Assembly (NCBI GenBank): GCA_004764695.1
Contig: SMSO01000025.1
Span: forward strand, 4,876,862 to 4,940,861
Origin: Schizochytrium sp. TIO01
Lineage: Eukaryota > Protista > Bigyra: Labyrinthulomycetes
DNA length: 64,000 nt
Reading direction: 5' to 3'
Shown here: positions 30,699 to 42,523 of the stretch, piece after piece
Layout of the letters: each line of letters begins with the position of its first letter
Numbering within the stretch: the first letter of the stretch is position 1
Position numbers and translations under genes: made by a program
The notes under the pieces: model-generated
Databases searched by the model: none
Seen by the model: the letters and a program-made list of their open reading frames with translations, nothing else
What the model was told of the DNA's origin: nothing

Positions 30699-32841
30699 AC
30701 TGGTGAGCAATATTGGCTAGCACTTTTAGACTTTATGATGACATACACAACAACTGCTGCGCGCTTGTTGCCGCGCTTGCCACTGATACCACTGATTCCG
30801 AGACAGCCAAGTGACTGAGCAGGTAAAAACAAGGCCAGCATGAAAATTGAATTCCACGCTTCACTCACGATGGTGGTTAGGTTAAAAAAAAGAAAGAAAA
30901 AGACTAAGTAGGTATCATTATACACAAAAAGTACGAAAACAAAATTATAAAAGCAAAAGTAAATATTTGATAATAGGTAACATGAGCCCCAATCCTTTTT
31001 GAAAAATTTGAAAGATAAACTTGAATAATAAAATCCCAAGTCAACACATATAAAGTAACATGTTTAGGAAGCAATAACTGCTCCTCACGAAGTTGCGTTT
31101 CTTGACTAAGTTTTTCGGGTTCATTCATCGAATAAGGCCTCAGGTAAAAGTACAACAACAGAAAAATGTGTCTTTGGTAAACCTAGTAGAGTATTCGGAA
31201 TTCTTTTATTTATGATTTCTGCAAACTAATCCCATCGAGTGGCGTTATGCTTACAAAATGTTTGAACGCTACTTTAAAAAAAAATAGAGAGCAGAATTTT
31301 AAAACGACTTTTAGGAATAGCATTTAGTATACTTATTTGGTTGTTCACATGTGAACTCTTATTTCCTTTCCTCGGTTGATAAAGACTGCTATTGAGATCG
31401 CCCTGTTTTAGCAAGCAGAATAAAATCAAATGAATTTTCTCATGGTGCATTTATGGGTTCATTCATTAAAACTCATGTTGAGCAGGTATAAATTTGCGTT
31501 ATCCTGAAATAAATAGTCTGTCAACCTTAAGCTCCACCTGACTGTGCGCTTTCATTAAAGCGGACTTTGTATTTTTAGATGTTCAAGGCCAGGGTCCTTA
31601 CGAGCTCTCGCTGTATATACCACACCAGTGTTTGCTTGTAGAAAATTTTCTTCACAAGTCTATGTTCTGCGATCAAGCATACCCTTTTAAAAAGTTTTCC
31701 AGTGGTCAATAGTGGTCCCTAGTAAGTAAATAGGTATTATCGAGATGCCCATATAGCTACATAGCTAGCTTCAGATCGCTTATACTACCTTATGTGGTCT
31801 TAGTCTATTGATGAGCGTAGCGACATGGCCGTGACTGCATAGACCTTTTTTGTTTATTTAAACCTGTGTTATATTGTGACCTACATATTTGGGCTGAGGA
31901 ATGCTGACCTTCAAGATTGTTTAGAAGTACTTTGGCTCTCGGCATTTAACGTCGTATCCAGCACTGAGTGTTATCATTATCATCACATTGATTCAAGTTC
32001 TCTGCACTTGAGGACCTGCACAGAGTATTTTCATTATCATCATATTGAGTCGAGGACCTGTACTAAATCGCTCCCCTCTACAGCTGAATATAAGGAGGTT
32101 TATGAATATGTTGCCATCATTATCTTAGACCAAACTCCTATGGGAGGTCTATCATACTCTTAATCTGACTATTAGCTTGACTTCTAGTTCTCCTGCTGCA
32201 GCAGCTGCTGCTAGTCTGTCTCCTTAATAGAGCTACCACTAAGTCCTACTTTCAAGTTATTATGGTACTACTTTTTAGAAATATAAAATTCTTGCTAGCA
32301 CCCCAGATTTTGGCTCTCTCCTCTTCTTCTTCTTCTTCCTTGCAGACTATACCAACTTTAATGTAAGTGGCAAACATGGATAAGCTCATTATGGTTGTTT
32401 GAGTGGTCTGACTGACTTTTGTCAAGTTAGCAATCCATAAGATCATAATTTGTAGTTCCAAGATCATTTGCAAATTTATGATTTGTACTGCCGTACTATT
32501 CTAAATTAGAAATGTGCTTTGAAATTATGCAAAGAAGCAAGGTTTGCTTTCTAGCTTCATGCATCAACAAATCGTTTGGCTTTCCATGAAATATGGTTTG
32601 TTGTGTTTGAATATATTCGTACAGATTAATCTTTGACTTTTATAAGTCACTTGACGATCGAGTTCTTCCTTCTCACAATTCAATAAATAAGACGTAATGC
32701 GATCGTTATATGTGGAGTAGCTTTGAATTAAAACAAAATGTAATAAAAAGTATATAATATCATATAATATTATATAATAGTTCTAGTACAAAATGCTAGG
32801 GCATAGTTGTCTCGGTATAAAGGCGCGAATGAAGGAGTGCG

Positions 32842-32888
32842 TGAATGAATGAATGAATGAATGAATGAATGAATGAATGAATGAATGA
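32842..32888. repeat. (GAAT)n microsatellite upstream of NDUFA13
   Basis: About 11 units read directly; a short (GGCA)n run follows near 32957-32976. Confidence 0.95.
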
Positions 32889-33178
32889 GTGAATGTATAG
32901 TGTATTCTTAGTGCAATTAGGACGCTCACTCATCAGTCAGTCATAGTAGTAGGTAAGGCAGGCAGGCAGGCAGGCAAGACAGTCAGACAGACCTACCTCT
33001 ACGGGCTTAGTTTGCGCGAGCGGAGGCGCAGACACTTTGCCGACTTCTTCAAACTCAGTTCGAGCTCTACACTCGTTAACGTAACCCACGTCCCGTCGGC
33101 CCCCGGCCTCTCCTTCCCAAGGATCTCCTTCACATCAACCGAGGACACTTTCTTCTAGCAGCAGCAACAGCAGCAACC

Positions 33179-33574
33179 ATGGCGACCCCTCTCAAGAGCA
33201 AGCCTGTGCAGGATATGCCTCCCCCCGGCGGCTTCAAGCCGTTTAGTGTGGAGAAGCAGATGCCAAAGCCTCGCATGTCTGGTGCCACAATCTTTGGCCT
33301 CACCGCTGCGACCTGTATGATTGGATTTTACATCATGGGCCAGGGCAACGTCAAGCGCACCCAGCTCAACGCTGAGCGCCGTGACCGCCGCATGGCGATT
33401 GTCCCTTTCTTGCAAGCTGAGGAGGATGCTCGCTTTGTCATGAACTCACAGAAGATGAAGGAAGATGAGGCACGGATCATGAAGGACGTGCCCAACTGGG
33501 ATGTCAATGCCAGCATCTACAACACTCAGTCGTGGTGGATCCCGACCGACACCGACAACAAGAAGGCTATCTGA
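33179..33574 (+). CDS. NDUFA13: NADH:ubiquinone oxidoreductase subunit A13 (GRIM-19/B16.6)
   Basis: VQDMPPPGGF, one transmembrane helix, RMAIVPFLQAEED and EARIMKDVPNWDV; strong caaccATGG start context. Confidence 0.96.
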   Translation: MATPLKSKPVQDMPPPGGFKPFSVEKQMPKPRMSGATIFGLTAATCMIGFYIMGQGNVKRTQLNAERRDRRMAIVPFLQAEEDARFVMNSQKMKEDEARIMKDVPNWDVNASIYNTQSWWIPTDTDNKKAI

Positions 33575-34632
33575 GCACACATCAAATAGAAAAAAACGGG
33601 ACTTCTCTTTTGTTATTCTCCCTTTGCACGCGGCACTGCCGGCGATAAGTAGCATTTTGTAAAAGAGCGAGAGAAAGAGACTCCACAATCAATCAAAGAT
33701 GAAAGCTAATGTCTCACCTCTACCTCCATATCTCGAAAATTCTTATGACCTTGCGTTCGTACGTGATACTTTCTCTTGACCACACTTTTGGTATCGTCTT
33801 GTGAAGTCTGGGAACTATATTAGTCGAGATTTAGATATCCTACGACTCTCCTTGTCAAAATGGCTTTGCCTCAACTTGATCTCAGAGTGCTCACACATAC
33901 GTGAGCTTCTTGTTTATGCTTCAGGCATAATCCCCTACCCCCCCCCCAAAAAAAAAGAAGGGTTCTTCTTATTCGTTTTTTCATGAAGTTCGACACTTCA
34001 CTTAAGGACGTCACTAAAACATAAAAGATCATTCAAATAGCTATTCATAGTTGAATCTGAATATCTCATAAAAATAGAACCAGCTATCTCCTGAGCAGGG
34101 CAGTCTTGAACGCGACATTTGCATTCTCGTTCTTTAATGGGTCCTCTTACCTGACGAGGCTGTGGACAATGTACTCTTTTTCAGAAATCAAATGATTGTT
34201 GAGCTAATTTATTGAGCTTGGTACTTCAAAACCAAGCAAGCAGAGTGTCCCTGAAAAAAACAAAAAAATCAAATTAGGAAAGTGATGAGCAAACCCATCG
34301 AGCTTTGCAAATAAAATAAGAGCAAACAGGCATTACGGAGTTTAACGAAATCAACTAGAAACACTGCAGTATAATTGCACCGATCATCCCCAACATGCCG
34401 AATGGGCTGGAGGTTGTTATTTATACAAAGTTCAGTGTTAACCACTACAGGTACCTCCTGACAAGCATACTATGACGGGTAAAGCTTGTGCATTCTACTT
34501 TTAAAGATCAGAGACAACAAATACGATATTAACTCTTTCTACTCTCCATAAATGTTTAGAGAGCTCAGAAGATCATAAGACCAATAGAGAATGAGAATCA
34601 AAAGGAACTGATCTAAAATAGAAGAATTTATA

Positions 34633-37233
34633 TTAGTTAGACTCCACAGAAAGCTTGATAAGGTGCTGCATAAACACTTGCAGGGAAACATCGTCCGTAA
34701 AAATGCGTTGCTGACTGCTGGAGTCAGAGTTTTCAGGCGGGTTAACACGAGCAACCAAGAAACGAGCTTGTGATTTGTGCTGATCAGCAGGAATGTATCG
34801 AGGGAGGGGAAAGCGATCTTCCATGACGGCTTGGGCATCTTCTTTTGGTGCCTGCAACAAAGATTTAAAGTTCGCGTACTCAGGTTTATTGTGGTAACCT
34901 GCGTCACGCCAGGACACGATGGTCTCACCATGAAATACTACCACAGTGAAGAATGTATCAAGCAGGAGAATAACGTCGGGCTTGATAGATGAAGCATCGA
35001 GGAGTACGGGTGTAGGCGGACCAGAAAAGGAATAGCTCAACAGAGCAGGTTGAATCATGACCAGCGAGTCTGAAGTGTTGTTTCGTGACAAAGTCATGCG
35101 ATAGTATGCGCTCTCATCTGGCGAATTGTTGAAAATCTGCAAAAATGGAGATCTGCGCAAGAAGAAGAGAAACTGTGGGAAGATGGTGAACTCCGGTAGA
35201 AGGCGAAAAGAGCTTGGGTCATCCTTACGGTACTCTGCAAAACGGGCGCAAAGACGAATCAAGCTGCGATCAAGCCAACGGAGCACATCAGTAAGCTCAT
35301 CTTCATTAGCCCTGTAGACTGCAACGCGAGCCATGAGTACTGCTGCAGCTTCTTGGTCAAATGAGGGACCGATGGAGGTAACGTTGGGGTCTGTTTGAAC
35401 CGGGCCACCCACAGTTGTGACACGCATGCGGTATTTTCCATTTGCATGTTGATAGGTCGTAATAAATTGGGTGTAACGCTTACGCGGGCCATGCATCTGC
35501 TGTTGCTGCTGTTGTTGCTGTTCCTGGGCTTGAACTTCAAAGTACAGGGCGACGGTGCTTTGCGGATCCAAGCCGCAGAGACGCCAAGCATAAGTGCCAC
35601 CTTCGCCAACCTCGCTCTCACTCACAGATGGGGATTTCTTCTTGAGGGAGGAGCATGAACCAATCGCACCACGCACCTTGTATTCACGGGAGGTAATGCA
35701 TTCTAAGGTACCTGCAAATCCCATGCGGAGGTGACCGCGATCCTTTTCGGTAGTCTTTTCATCTGTTGGGTGGCGCATGAAGACACGACGGAAGGACTCT
35801 TTGAACACAGACTGACCAAAGCTATCAGCAAGAACAACTAGTCCACCAGTTTTTTCTACACAAGACTTCATCTCAAGAAGTCCTACCTGATCAAGACAGC
35901 ACCCAAAAACATCTACGACATGGCAGTTTGTCACACAACGCTGTGTTAAAGTATCATAGTGTTTTTTCGACTTTTCGTAGAGCTCTGCACGTCCCTTTGT
36001 AAGATCGGCATGCGAGCGCATGATGTCCTTCAAGTCAAGGTGTGCGACGGCGCCAGGGCCAACTGTTGCAGGGCCACCAATGAAGAGCATAATGCGAGCT
36101 CCCCGGCGGTTCCAAAGCTTCTCAAGCATTCCGACTGCCACACTCAGCGCCACACCAGTACAACGCTGCGGGCGCTGGTTCTGACCAGTGGGCCATGGGT
36201 CCCGAGTGAGATCGGAAAGGATACCATCGAGTGTTACAAGAGCCTCAGAAACCGGCAGAAGGAACCGTTCTGCACCTGGGGGGAAACCCTGTACCCCTTG
36301 TTGCTGGCCACCCTGCTGGGGTTGGCGGTTCACAGGAAGGCCAAGAAGAGCATGGATTCGGTCAGCAGAAATGTCCTTGGTTCCGCGGAAAACATAGCTA
36401 CGCGAAGCTTCAGCAAAGTTCAGTTCGTGCACATGTACCACGCTACCGAAGGTAATCAGACCAACCAGAGCATCTTCAGGGAGAATACTCATACTCTGAA
36501 GGATCGAGTCCTTCAGAAATTCGAGCTCGTTCTCAGGCACTGCAATGTCAAGCATAAAAAGGAAAACGGGCGGACCAGCATTACGACCGGGAAGCTCGTA
36601 TTCAACAGTTGTGTATTGTGGAATAAGCTCGGCGGGGAGATTCACCTCCGTGATATTCTCAGCATAGTGGGGAGGAAAGTTGTTGCGTGTCATACAGAAC
36701 GGGCAGGTCCACATCTTAGAGCGCATGTCTGTGGTAGACCACGGTGAGAGAACAGCCATGCAGTTGGGGTTCTTGCAGCGAATCGGGTCATACTCAAGAA
36801 CGGGCATACCCTCAATACGCTTTAGAGGTGTATACAAAGCAGCAACAGGTACTACAGCGCGCTCTGCATCGAGCTTGTTGCTCGGAAACATGTTAAAAGA
36901 AAAACGCACGCCGTTACGCTCCTCCTCGCCTGCAAAGTCATAGGAGAAACCTTGTTGCTGTTGTTGTTGTTGCTGCTGCTGATATTGCTGTTGGTTCATG
37001 TTTGGATCGTATTGACCTTGAGGCTGCTGCTGTTGTCCATAGTTCTGTTGATAGTTGTTTTGCTGGCCGTAATCAGCTTGCTGTCCATATTGCTGCTGCT
37101 GCTGTTGCTGCTGATAGTATTGCTGCTGCTGGTCACCATAATTTGGCTGTTGCTGCTGGCCACCGTATTGACCCTGCTGGGCATAGCCTTGCTGCGGCTG
37201 TTGCTGGTATCCACCGTAGTTGTTTTGTTGCAT
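34633..37233 (-). CDS. SEC23: COPII coat subunit Sec23 with a Q/Y/G/N-rich N-terminal extension
   Basis: [11 protein letters not shown], Zn finger CKNPNC...[45 protein letters not shown] and [15 protein letters not shown]. Confidence 0.97.
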   Translation of the reverse strand: MQQNNYGGYQQQPQQGYAQQGQYGGQQQQPNYGDQQQQYYQQQQQQQQYGQQADYGQQNNYQQNYGQQQQPQGQYDPNMNQQQYQQQQQQQQQQGFSYDFAGEEERNGVRFSFNMFPSNKLDAERAVVPVAALYTPLKRIEGMPVLEYDPIRCKNPNCMAVLSPWSTTDMRSKMWTCPFCMTRNNFPPHYAENITEVNLPAELIPQYTTVEYELPGRNAGPPVFLFMLDIAVPENELEFLKDSILQSMSILPEDALVGLITFGSVVHVHELNFAEASRSYVFRGTKDISADRIHALLGLPVNRQPQQGGQQQGVQGFPPGAERFLLPVSEALVTLDGILSDLTRDPWPTGQNQRPQRCTGVALSVAVGMLEKLWNRRGARIMLFIGGPATVGPGAVAHLDLKDIMRSHADLTKGRAELYEKSKKHYDTLTQRCVTNCHVVDVFGCCLDQVGLLEMKSCVEKTGGLVVLADSFGQSVFKESFRRVFMRHPTDEKTTEKDRGHLRMGFAGTLECITSREYKVRGAIGSCSSLKKKSPSVSESEVGEGGTYAWRLCGLDPQSTVALYFEVQAQEQQQQQQQQMHGPRKRYTQFITTYQHANGKYRMRVTTVGGPVQTDPNVTSIGPSFDQEAAAVLMARVAVYRANEDELTDVLRWLDRSLIRLCARFAEYRKDDPSSFRLLPEFTIFPQFLFFLRRSPFLQIFNNSPDESAYYRMTLSRNNTSDSLVMIQPALLSYSFSGPPTPVLLDASSIKPDVILLLDTFFTVVVFHGETIVSWRDAGYHNKPEYANFKSLLQAPKEDAQAVMEDRFPLPRYIPADQHKSQARFLVARVNPPENSDSSSQQRIFTDDVSLQVFMQHLIKLSVESN

Positions 37234-39831
37234 CTTGATTCAGGAGAGAATACAAACTATGTATATCACTTCTGCTCGTTCAAAGCAACAAAGAGCAGGA
37301 TCGGCGAACTTGAAAGAAGGGAAAAAAGGCCTAGCAACGCTCAACTATAATAGAACGATTCTTGAAGTCCAAGATACCAAAATGATTGCTGAGATAGGCC
37401 AAGCAACTACTCTAGACCTCCAATATATCTTCAGCAACTATCTATGCTTCGTCAACCTGACGCGGTCACTGATCAAGGAGTAGAAGAGGACAGCTGGCAC
37501 AGCCGTTGATGAAGGAAGCCAAACGCTATCGTCCTTAATACCAGGATCTCACCCGGACTTTGAAGAGCCTCGGAGTGAGTACGAATCCTCGCACCAAGCT
37601 CACGTAGCCTCTTGCTCAAGCGTCCCGGCCAGCGCCTTCTGCGGTGCCGCTCTTGCACTTGGTTTGTTGTCAGATCAGCAAGAATAGTTGCAGCGGTGAT
37701 GATGTTGAGTTGTTGAGCCTACCTAGTAGGTGCATAAGATACCTAGGTAGTACTAATTTATCATTTTTTTCATTTTTTCATCAACAAAATAATTAAATAA
37801 AGAATTAACAACACCTAATTCGCATATAATAGGCATTACTAGATGTGAAAAAGAATGTATACATACTAACTCAGGCTGGGTAAGTAACTACTACTACTTG
37901 GCCTACTTTGAGAAGCCACGTCGCTCTGCTCTTCCTTTTGTTCTCTGATAATATCGCCACGTAGATATTGCCAGCTAAACCTTAGGCGGTCCTTAAGTAG
38001 TGCCTAGGTAGCTATTAGCAGCAACCCCTGCCAGTTCTATGTATCATGCGGCAATCATTTGGTAAAGTCTTTCCTAATGGAAAGGATTAGACCAGCCAGG
38101 TTTCCCTTTGCGATTTTTTAAATCCCTACTAAAAGCCGGGGTCGAAAGACAAACCTCAGTTAAAATTCACGTCCTGTGCATTTCATTCAAGAAAGCAGCT
38201 TTTAATTTGAAACTATTTATCTCAATTTACTTTTAAAATTATATGTCTTTCATGGAGAGAAAGTTAGTCGTTTATTGATATATTCAGTTGCTGGATAACT
38301 CGCAATTTAACTTTCGCAAATATACTCAAAAAAGGCTATATCATTCTAGAATGACAATCTCCCTTTTTTAAATTTTGTTTTGGAAAGGCTTCACGAGCTA
38401 AAACTAATAGATCTGACATAAGGCTGGCGAATTTAAGGATATAAAGGCGATCTTAAAAATGTTGCCAGCTTGTGCCTATTATCTTCATTTCTCTGGGACA
38501 ACTTGACTTAATAACTCCCCCTATTTGTCTGGGAATGAACCAGGAGCAATAAACTAAATTAGCCAGATGACTAGGCTCTGGAATCCATGCAAAATCCAGA
38601 CACAGCCGCAACTTTTCCATGAACTGTATGCACTCAGTATAATTTTTATCTGGATCTTGCACTTTAGCAATGCATGGTGTCACTGGTGCACATTAAAGGA
38701 TTAAATAAAAATAGAAAAGATGGGTGTGCCAGATCATAAAATAATTATGCCATAACGGCAACAGGCTCCACAAGGATTGCGGTGTTCAAGATTTTCTAAG
38801 AACCACAATGCTGGAGTAAACAAGATCGACGGAGCGAAGGGAGTGCACTTGGCGAAGTTGTTGCAAAGTGCATACGTGTTCAATGTAGTCTTTCAAATGA
38901 AAATATCCGTGTTTTCAGGTGTTGTAAGCCTCGATATTTTGAAATGGCCAGTATTCGCTCAAATCGTTGTGTGGGTCCATATTGAAGTTTTATGCACTGT
39001 CTCATCTTTGTATTGACAATCACAAGACCGAATAACTTGAAGGACCGAATAGTCTGTTTCAACGGGGACACGTGGTATTGTTCCAACGATTTGCATGTCC
39101 AAATGAAAGGGCCACGAGTGACAGATTGTGATGCATCTACACTACGTTGTGGGCAAATCATTGCTGAGTAGAGACATTCTAAGCCAGAAGGAATTCCCTA
39201 TAACTTGTCAGGGTTTCTCAGGCAAGTTCTCGAGACAAATGAGCAAGCGGGAGCTAGTTTACGCCAGCCGTGCGAAGGAAGATCCCTGGGTTGAAGAGAT
39301 GTAGTATACTCTACTGTAGAGCACCTACGCCGTGCCCGTGGGGGATGAGATTCACTCTTATTACTTAGACGAAATGAGTTAAAGTCTTTTAGCTTGGGTA
39401 AAACTCAAGCTAAAACAATAACTTATTAGATGAAATTTATCATAGTTTTGGTACCCCACGGTTTTACTTGGTGCCTACTAGTTGAGTTGAGTTCTTTATC
39501 TCAGTAGCTTGAGAGTGTCATTTGTAGTCTATAGAAGATAAAACGTAGGTTATACTTGAGGATTTGCCAGCTCATATGGCTTGTGCGAGTGTGGTAACCA
39601 TAGCTGACTGGTTGGAAACCAGGTGGGCTAGGCACAGGGAAAATGAGGAGTTTATCAAAACTTGGTTTAGGCGCTATATTGTCTTTATAAGTTACCTAGC
39701 GCATATTTTTATAACCGCTATCTCAGCATCATACGGATTCTTACCTCCCATACAAGACGGCTTTTTTTTTTTACCTTTGTCCTCCACGACTATTTTATCA
39801 TGGCACAAGACTTAAGTAGTATTTACATATT

Positions 39832-39899
39832 AGTATGATAATAGTAGTAATAGTAATAGTAATAATAATAGTAGTAATAATAATTATAATAATAATAAT
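39832..39899. repeat. (AAT/AGT)n trinucleotide repeat
   Basis: Read directly from the sequence. Confidence 0.85.
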
Positions 39900-40641
39900 T
39901 TTTCTAGCTTTTTCTCTTGAATCCTTGCGAAGTAGCACCAACCGAGCAGATACGTACCTGGAAAATTAATGAATCAAGCAAACAGCCAGTCAGGTGACAG
40001 GTCAACATCACAGAGAGCTTACATGGAAAGAGCAACCAGCTTGAAGGTTCTCGCTACAGAAACTCAGAAAGAGTCAGAAGACAAGCGAGCCTATTTATTA
40101 CAAAAAATAATATATACACTACCCACCTCCCTACATGGTAGCCTATTAGTACCTACGTATTAGTAGTTTTTGGTAACTAAACTTTTTGATGATATTAGTA
40201 CCTAGGCACTAGATACCTGGTGGGCACCACTGCTAGTACTGGTGCTGGTGCTGGTGCTGCTGTTGATTATCATGATACCTAGTTACCTACCTATATCTAC
40301 CACGGCATTGAAATGTGTGATGCAATTTTATGGAGACCCTCACTCCGCTTCACGAGGCAATGGCTTTCGGGGTTCATAGAACATGTTCTTAAAGTGTATA
40401 AAGTGCATTGAAAGTTCAACTTAGCCTCCTGCTGCATCTTATAAAGAGCTCATCTTGATCGAACATTTTATTCTTATAATTTTCTTATGAACTCAACACT
40501 TCAACATTGAACCACTCTGACGTCACGGTTATTTATAGGTAGGTAGTATATAGTCGTAGTCGTCCGAATCGCCATCCTCACTCTCTTTCTCTGCCTGTGC
40601 AAGGCGTGCCTGGGTAGGCGCTTAGTTAGGTTGGCAGGTAC

Positions 40642-40707
40642 TGAGTGAGTGAGTGAGTGAGTGAGTGAGTGAGTGAGTGAGTGAGTGAGTGAGTGAGTGA
40701 GTGAGTG
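40642..40707. repeat. (GAGT)n microsatellite
   Basis: About 16 perfect units. Confidence 0.95.
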
Positions 40708-41530
40708 CGTGAGAGATGGGATTAGATTGCCGAGAGAGAAGCTCTGCGCCACTCTCCATCAACTCTTTGGCTCGCTTGGTTAAAAAGAAGGCCTATATGT
40801 GCGCAATAGTTGAAACACTACTGATAGAAAGAAAGATGAAAGAAGAGAAAAGATAAATCAATTGCTTTAATTCTTTAAAAAAGAAGACAAAAAAGCATCT
40901 GCATCCTGGATTTGGATGGATAGAAAAAGGGAAATAAGTAGACAACTTGAGGCGTCCCGTGTCAACCCAACTTCTGTTTGGATCACAGCATGCTAAATCA
41001 TCATGATAATGAGGGTAAATATAAAGTCAGGCAGGGACTTGGAAGGAAAAGAAAGAAAAGGAATTCGAACAGAATCTTCAAGTTGAGCAGTTCTATTCAT
41101 TTGAGATTAGGAGAGCTGGCTGAGAATGCAAGGGTATTTCATAAGACGGTTTAGCTTGTCGTTATTTCTTTGGGTGATATTGAGGCAAGGGATTACCATA
41201 CCTATCAAAAGTCTACGTGAGCAATTGGAGAACTTCGAAGTCTGTTCTTTTCTTTTCTTTCACTTTCTAAGGTTGAAAGAAAGAGGTCTCGGAAGTAGAG
41301 TGATAATCACCTTTGGAGCATCGCCTATGTTTTACTAGTGGAAACGACTAGAAAGGTGGGCATTGCCTTCCAGGTGAAAGAAATGATAAAATTCTAAAAG
41401 ATACGACAGGAATCTTTCCCAACATGGAACGTTATCTAATAAGGAATTGACTTTTAAGGTGATCTGCGATAGACTGCCTTGATAGGTGAAAATTGCTGCA
41501 ATTGGTTGGTGCGACTGAGTAGAAAGGTGG

Positions 41531-41560
41531 ATAGGTAGGTAGGTAGGTAGGTAGGTAGGT
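41531..41560. repeat. (TAGG)7 microsatellite
   Basis: Read directly from the sequence. Confidence 0.9.
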
Positions 41561-41993
41561 CTTATCCAAATGTGTTGAGTGAAGTGCTTCGCAAATCGAA
41601 TTATTCGGAATCGACCGTTCAACTAATCGACTAGACGCTCTACTACTATCCTGACTCCCTAACTAGTTGCAAAACCAAGCTATCATTAATAACTATGCAC
41701 TGCTTATACTTCTGTTATTAGTTGATTTTTTCTCTTTTTTCCTGTTCAAGTTCTATCTAGTTTCATGTTTTATTTATTAATTTAATAAAAATTTGACATC
41801 ATGTATATTCTTGAGCTCAGTACTATGCAGTAGTAGTACTTTTTATGTTGTATAAAATTTATTAGGTAGGTCTATGATCATCGTGATTGTTGTTGCAGAA
41901 TATCATTGTTTATGAGTGCACTGGCGTAGTATAGTTTTAGTTAATTGACCAGTTCGATTGAATTGAGTGAATGCATGAACTTTGAGTGATTGC

Positions 41994-42421
41994 AAGAAAG
42001 AAAGAAAGAGAGAAAGAAAGAAAGAAAGAAAGACATAGATAGATACGTATAGATACGTATAGATACATAGAGTTAGATACATAGAGTTAGATAGATACAT
42101 AGATACATAGATACATAGATAGATAGGATGCATACGATAGATAGGATGCATACGATAGATAGGATACATACGATAGATAGGATACATACGATAGATAGAT
42201 AGATAGATAGAGAGAAAGAAAAGAAAGAAAAGAAAAGAAAAGAAAAGAAAAGAAAGAAAGGAAGAAAGGAAGGAAGGAAGGAAGAAAGAGCGGCAGGCAG
42301 AGGCAGGCAGAGGCAGGCAAGCCAGGCAGGCAGGCAGGCGGGTAGGCAAGCCACGCAAGCACGTAAGTACGCAGGCAGGCCCGCAGGCAAGCACGCGAGC
42401 AGGCGAGCACGCGAGCAGGCA
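41994..42421. repeat. Compound micro/minisatellite immediately upstream of the STE20 kinase
   Basis: In order: (GAAA)n, TAGATACR units, the 18-mer ATAGGATRCATACGATAG x4 at 42123-42194, (GATA)n, (GAAAA)n, (GGAA)n, (GGCA)n and GCACGCGAGCAG x2. Confidence 0.95.
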
Positions 42422-42523
42422 ATCACCTGATCAGGCAACCAGTACGGTAGCTGGGAAACCAGGTCTCTAGGAGAGCAGCAACAGCAACAGACGCCTGCGA
42501 AGCAAGCAATAGCAGAAGCAGCC

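Noticed and set aside
35959-37350. 262-aa and poly-Leu antisense ORFs over SEC23
   Set aside because: Antisense shadows; the poly-Leu is the reverse complement of CAG/CAA repeats.
38790-39161. Protein-like minus-strand fragments (MDPHNDLSEYWPFQNIEAYNT*KHGYFHLKDY...) as a pseudogene or selenoprotein
   Set aside because: Short, with no recognisable family and no SECIS identified; cannot be supported without a search.
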